Shown here in pieces: positions 59,635 through 64,000 of a stretch of DNA of 64,000 nt. The notes beneath the pieces are model-generated. The model was not told the DNA's origin. It made no database searches and saw nothing but the letters and a program-made list of their open reading frames with translations. The position numbers and the translations under genes were made by a program. This DNA is from Hadesarchaea archaeon (GTDB lineage Archaea > Hadarchaeota > Hadarchaeia > Hadarchaeales > Hadarchaeaceae). The stretch lies in assembly GCA_029259175.1 (NCBI GenBank), contig JAPDJH010000004.1, positions 96,001 to 160,000 of the forward strand, read 5' to 3'. Numbering within the stretch: the stretch's first letter is position 1; each line of letters starts with the position of its first letter.

Positions 59635-60369
59635 TTACCCTTTCGCGGTTTTCCTGAATACTGGGAGGAGGAGTCTTATCAGATCTTCTGTGTTCATCTT
59701 CCAAATTCTATAATTGAACCAAAGACTGCCGAGAACAAGACAAAGATGTCTGAGCGTTCCAACTCCGGTCTTTTTTGATGCCTCCTTTTTCAATCTGTTT
59801 AGCTTTTCGTCCCAAAAAATCTTGAACATAACTTCTATGGCGGTTCTGTGATACAAAATGCCGTAACTCCGTCCCAAGATTTGCTCAGCAGCATCACCAT
59901 AGCGGTACGGCGGTGTGGAAAGGAAAAGCTTTGCATAGTTTGGAATCCCCAACTTTTTAAGCGTCCGATATGGGAAGTATGAATAAGCAATAAGATGCCG
60001 ATAAAAATGCCTGCTCCCCGGTTGGAAAATATATCGGGCTTCCTCGCCGGGTTTTTCCGGACAAACCTGATCAAACCATAAGTATGTTAGCCAGCTCCAC
60101 ATGTTTACATGTTTTTGAAGAATCACATCGCGATTCTCGGCGCCTACTTGGGGATCCAAATTCTTTTCAAAAATTGAATCCAGATACTGGGCCATTTCCA
60201 GCCTGCTGGAAAACTTGCGGTGTTCATCCACGTATACGGTGGGGGTGAACTCTTCCACATAGGGTGGCCGGTTCAAATCGGGTTTTGGCACTGTCAAGTC
60301 CTCTTTTCGTTTTTGAATAAATTGTCGAAATTCCTCAATGCCCTCGCTTGTAAACATTCTGAGCTTCAT
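59635..60369 (-). CDS. Hypothetical protein (4th gene of the GHKL operon)
   Basis: MKLRMFTSEGIEEF...WSWL..WFDQVCP...YRHL; ATGA-coupled to the upstream gene. Confidence 0.7.
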   Translation of the reverse strand: MKLRMFTSEGIEEFRQFIQKRKEDLTVPKPDLNRPPYVEEFTPTVYVDEHRKFSSRLEMAQYLDSIFEKNLDPQVGAENRDVILQKHVNMWSWLTYLWFDQVCPEKPGEEARYIFQPGSRHFYRHLIAYSYFPYRTLKKLGIPNYAKLFLSTPPYRYGDAAEQILGRSYGILYHRTAIEVMFKIFWDEKLNRLKKEASKKTGVGTLRHLCLVLGSLWFNYRIWKMNTEDLIRLLLPVFRKTAKG

Positions 60370-61127
60370 AAGCTTTCCTCCTCCCATTTTACAAGACGTA
60401 TTTTTTGGGAAAGTTGCCGACAGAATCCTTCCACGGCCTTTTCCACCCAATCGAGTTTTTTCTGTATGTCTTCCTCTGTATCCGGAGGTCCCGTTTGAGC
60501 ACACTTTTTGCCAAAATTCAGCCATTCCTCTCGCCAATCGTCTGCAATCTCATCCGGTACCAATAAACATCTCAGCAATATCTCTCTTACCACGCTGGGA
60601 TATACGGCATGGACCCAACGCGGATCTTTTAGCGCTCGTTGCGGCACAAGGTCGGGATCGTACTCTAACACTGGCTGCGAGCCAACATCCGAAGGACAAT
60701 CAAACTCAAGACGCCAAAACCTGCCCAAGTTGGGTACCGCGCGTGTTGGTAGTAGACTTTCCGCCAGTTTTGGTGATAAAAGCGATGAAGAAGCGATTAT
60801 CAAGTTCTTTTTTGAGGGGTGTATCACAACAACTCGAATACGCGCGCGAATGGGGTCGGGAACTTCTATTGTTTTGCTAAAACACAAGTTCCGACTCTCA
60901 GATATTTTACCTAAAAGTTCGAAGTGTGGCGGTTCAGCCGGGAGATATATTTCCACATATACTTCCGAATCTGGCGGAAACGATCGCAATGGTAAGGTTT
61001 TCTTAACCTCACCCAAGTCTACCGAGATTGTAAGACGTTTTCCTTGAAACTTTAAATTCATTCGTTTGAGAGTGATTCTTCCCCGCGGATTTGCCGAAAC
61101 GTGCCGGGTGATGCTGGCTCTCCTCAT
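60366..61127 (-). CDS. Hypothetical protein (3rd gene of the GHKL operon)
   Basis: 253-aa ORF, ATGA overlaps at both ends. Confidence 0.7.
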   Translation of the reverse strand: MRRASITRHVSANPRGRITLKRMNLKFQGKRLTISVDLGEVKKTLPLRSFPPDSEVYVEIYLPAEPPHFELLGKISESRNLCFSKTIEVPDPIRARIRVVVIHPSKKNLIIASSSLLSPKLAESLLPTRAVPNLGRFWRLEFDCPSDVGSQPVLEYDPDLVPQRALKDPRWVHAVYPSVVREILLRCLLVPDEIADDWREEWLNFGKKCAQTGPPDTEEDIQKKLDWVEKAVEGFCRQLSQKIRLVKWEEESL

Positions 61128-62935
61128 GTTTTTTCCTCCTCTATTTTCACTACCAAGTCGCGGTGTGGATCAAATCCGCTTACGTGAACACAGAAGTTCT
61201 TACCCATGTCAGATATTCGAAAGGAGTTTCCGCTTCTTCCGTCAATCCGACAGTTTTCCGCCGTGAACCTAAATTTCTCTTCACTCAAGTCGAATTCTGG
61301 GTGGGCCTCAAACGCCCGAAACGGGGAACTGAGTGTTCGATACGCGATCCAAACCTTGGCTGTCCGAGGCAATTTGCCCTTTCCAGACGAACAGATCTTG
61401 ATAGTTCCTTTTTCTCCGGACACCGAGAATGGTGAGGGAGGTGGCGGCGGGGGTGGGGGCGGTGACAGAATTGTTTCGCCTTTCCCCACTGGAAATATGT
61501 CGGCTAGCAGAGATCTCTCAACAGCTTGCGGTGGCTGGGACAACAGAAGAGCCAGATCTCGAGGCACAACGCGTATTCTTTGGAGGGTTTCACGAGCTTT
61601 TTCGTAACGTGCTTGAAGGTCTCGTCCTACTTCCCATTCCAAATGTTTGGGGCCCTCGGCCTCTCGCAGAAAATTTGATATAACGGGATCATTTGCTAGC
61701 ACTATGATCCAGTTTCCCTTTGGCACGCGAACCTTACGAGGTTCGTTTTGAATCCATAAGCCTTGGCGAAGCATGAAAACTTGACCGGTGTCCGAAGCTT
61801 TCTGAATGTAAACAACTATCTCACTCCGTTGGGATTTTCCCTTTTTGGGAGTCACATCTATGGAGAATATAAATCCCAATGGTCGCCCCTCCGAATATTT
61901 TTCCCGTAGGTCATCTAAATCGGAATTTTGAAACAGGTTCTCCGAAATTTTGTCAGCTTTGGGCAATTGGACACGTTTTGTATTCTCCTCTAGGGTCGCC
62001 CGGGCAAATTCAAACAACTCATTCAAAGTTTCTGGAGAAATGTGCTCCCAAGCCGTTTCCTCGTAGCTACACCGACGCGCAAGATCCGGCAACCTCTCAC
62101 GATCTAAAATTATTGTAGTACCTCTACGGAGATCCTCAATTTTTACCTCCAGCTCTCCACTCAAAATGGGATAAAAATATTGGGCGATGGCTGAGGCCAC
62201 CAACGTGTCTACCGTTATCACATCCAACGGAAACGGAATAACAAGTGACAGCCCCGCTCGGTTTCCGCGCTCCAATTGGAAAGACTGCATAAATTTTCGA
62301 GTTATGTGTTCGTCTTGGATTGGAAGCCGCCCTGGAAGGGAGAAGTAACCAAACCCTTCGTACCATTTCCCATTAGCTTCGTGAGATCGTCCTATGAGTT
62401 CTCCCATTAAAAGTGTGCGCGGAGATTCCGGAGGAATTCTTACTGTGATTCCCCAAATGAGATATAACTTGGAGGCGAGGGCGGCGGCGAGCCTACCGAT
62501 TCCGCATCTCCCGCGTTTTGGTTCACGAACTTTCGTGGATGTTCCCCACCTGAACCAAAAATCGTACCACCTGCTTTTCCCAAGAGGTGGAACGGTTTTT
62601 AAACCGAAATCGCCGGTGAGACCGGAAGTGCCAAAGTCTTCAACCGCTAAGAATTTCCATTTTCCTTTTTTATGGAGATTCTTCGAGTCAGTTTCCTCAA
62701 GGATAGAGTCCAAGTGCGGATCCAATTCCGTAAGAAAAGGCTCGATTTTTTCACGCGGAATCTTCCCCAGTGCAAAGCGAACCCGAACTTGCTGTTCCTC
62801 CCTAGCATCTAACGAGTTTTGGATCATTTCTCGAACCAGTTCTTCCGGGGATCCCTTGAGCACTCTCGTGCCGGGAAGATCCACTTCAGCACAGCGTTCA
62901 GCTTCTCGAAATTCCCAACGAGGATGCGGGGCCAT
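61124..62935 (-). CDS. GHKL (Hsp90/MutL/MORC-like) ATPase domain protein
   Basis: REMIQNSLDA, EDFGTSGL, GRCGIG motifs; poly-Pro linker before a C-terminal beta domain. Confidence 0.8.
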   Translation of the reverse strand: MAPHPRWEFREAERCAEVDLPGTRVLKGSPEELVREMIQNSLDAREEQQVRVRFALGKIPREKIEPFLTELDPHLDSILEETDSKNLHKKGKWKFLAVEDFGTSGLTGDFGLKTVPPLGKSRWYDFWFRWGTSTKVREPKRGRCGIGRLAAALASKLYLIWGITVRIPPESPRTLLMGELIGRSHEANGKWYEGFGYFSLPGRLPIQDEHITRKFMQSFQLERGNRAGLSLVIPFPLDVITVDTLVASAIAQYFYPILSGELEVKIEDLRRGTTIILDRERLPDLARRCSYEETAWEHISPETLNELFEFARATLEENTKRVQLPKADKISENLFQNSDLDDLREKYSEGRPLGFIFSIDVTPKKGKSQRSEIVVYIQKASDTGQVFMLRQGLWIQNEPRKVRVPKGNWIIVLANDPVISNFLREAEGPKHLEWEVGRDLQARYEKARETLQRIRVVPRDLALLLSQPPQAVERSLLADIFPVGKGETILSPPPPPPPPPSPFSVSGEKGTIKICSSGKGKLPRTAKVWIAYRTLSSPFRAFEAHPEFDLSEEKFRFTAENCRIDGRSGNSFRISDMGKNFCVHVSGFDPHRDLVVKIEEEKT

Positions 62936-62941
62936 AATAAC

Positions 62942-63877
62942 TCACCTTTCATCTCCGATTACACTGTAGTCGTTTCTTTTACAACTTATCATTCCAAGTT
63001 CCCGGAGCAACGCTATCTTGCTTTGGGCAAACATCGTAGCCACATGTTCGAGCTGCTTTTTGAACTTCGCGGGATCGTTTCGCTTTCGGCTCCAGCTTTT
63101 GACATATTCATTGAACTTCTCATCATTTTGAAGCCAAACCGGGATATTTGTGTTGCCTCTCTTAAGCTCCTCAAAAATTCTACGCAAAAAGGAGTATTCT
63201 TTGTATCCCTTCGCGTCAATTTCTTTAAGATAGTTAAGAATCCATTCTCGCTCAGATTTAGATAACACTTGCTCGGCGCTTCCCTTATCAAAAATTGGAT
63301 TTTCTAACCTAGCAAACTCCAAACCCTCCCGTGTGAGAGAGACATAAACCTTCTCCCATTCTTTAGTTGAAATATTTTCTGCTCCCTCCATATGGATGAG
63401 ACCCATCTGGTGGGCCGGAATTATAAAATGCCACACCAGCCTTCCTATCGCTGAAGGCTTGGAGGAGCTTGGAAAACCGCGATATCGCCCGAGTCCAGCC
63501 TGCTCGAACACCTCTTTTGAAACATTAACCAGCTTCTGCAGGTTCACCGCCTTTCCGTTATTTTCGCTCATTATATGGGCAAGCACTCGCAATACCGCTT
63601 TCACCGGGAAAAAGGAGTTGAACTGTCCCCACGTGCCCACATGCCTAGCCTCCACCGAATCCAGCAGAACATTTCCGCTCCTGAGGTTCTCAAGCCTTGG
63701 CGGAGGGGCAAGATAGTTGGGAAACCATTCCGTCAAGCCGAAACCCCTAGCCTCTTCTTTGGGGCTACCAAGGATGGTTTCTTCAACTTCCAGCCGAGCC
63801 AACTCCTCTATCAACCTAGCGATTTTCCGGGCATTTTTACGCGTTATCTTTATTCGCAATTCCATCATCGGGATCAC
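62942..63877 (-). CDS. Hypothetical protein with winged-helix-like segments (1st gene of the GHKL operon)
   Basis: WGQFNSFFPVK, VSLTREGLEF, LRELGMI; 6 nt upstream of the ATPase. Confidence 0.65.
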   Translation of the reverse strand: MIPMMELRIKITRKNARKIARLIEELARLEVEETILGSPKEEARGFGLTEWFPNYLAPPPRLENLRSGNVLLDSVEARHVGTWGQFNSFFPVKAVLRVLAHIMSENNGKAVNLQKLVNVSKEVFEQAGLGRYRGFPSSSKPSAIGRLVWHFIIPAHQMGLIHMEGAENISTKEWEKVYVSLTREGLEFARLENPIFDKGSAEQVLSKSEREWILNYLKEIDAKGYKEYSFLRRIFEELKRGNTNIPVWLQNDEKFNEYVKSWSRKRNDPAKFKKQLEHVATMFAQSKIALLRELGMISCKRNDYSVIGDER

Positions 63878-64000
63878 TTCCCCGCATAAAATAATATGTT
63901 TAAACCCCTTATAAATATTTCCATTACCCTTTAAAACCTGTTAACGGGTATTGAAAAATATTGATAAAAAACGTAACAATATTTTGAACTCTTAAGTGAG

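Larger units (their letters stand above)
51050..64000. mobile_element. Integrated element/defence island at tRNA-Gly (right end outside window)
   Basis: Tyrosine integrase pointing into the tRNA 3' end, no housekeeping genes, AT-richer cargo, MTase/nuclease genes. Confidence 0.8.

Noticed and set aside
1-64000. CRISPR array or cas genes
   Set aside because: No regularly spaced repeats and no cas-like ORF seen

Overview
Archaeal chromosome segment with a euryarchaeal-type gene set. A Hadarchaeota-like lineage is my impression and is not demonstrated. Positions 1-51 kb are mostly housekeeping genes: leuS, alaS, the dtdA-ftsZ-secE-spt5-rpl11-rpl1-rpl10-rpl12 cluster, class I lysS, gatCAB, PAN, hflX-trm56-tfe, SRP RNA and nine tRNA genes. 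These are interspersed with about six small toxin-antitoxin-like pairs and a 1.4-kb remnant island at tRNA-Val. From tRNA-Gly(TCC) at ~51.0 kb to the window end lies an integrated element. It carries a tyrosine integrase whose ORF reads through the tRNA, an HTH protein followed by a ~190-nt densely base-paired non-coding stretch, a HEPN/PD-(D/E)XK pair and an RNase HI-like gene. It also carries a C5 DNA methyltransferase plus T:G glycosylase pair that converges on a four-gene operon containing a GHKL ATPase. Three observations stand out: (1) tRNA-Glu(CTC) has a broken acceptor stem that is restored by removing a 32-nt BHB-like intron at position 70/71; (2) the GHKL-ATPase/Dcm/Mig module is a candidate uncharacterised restriction-like defence system; (3) the structured ncRNA candidate in the element. 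All calls come from reading motifs by eye; no database searches were run.
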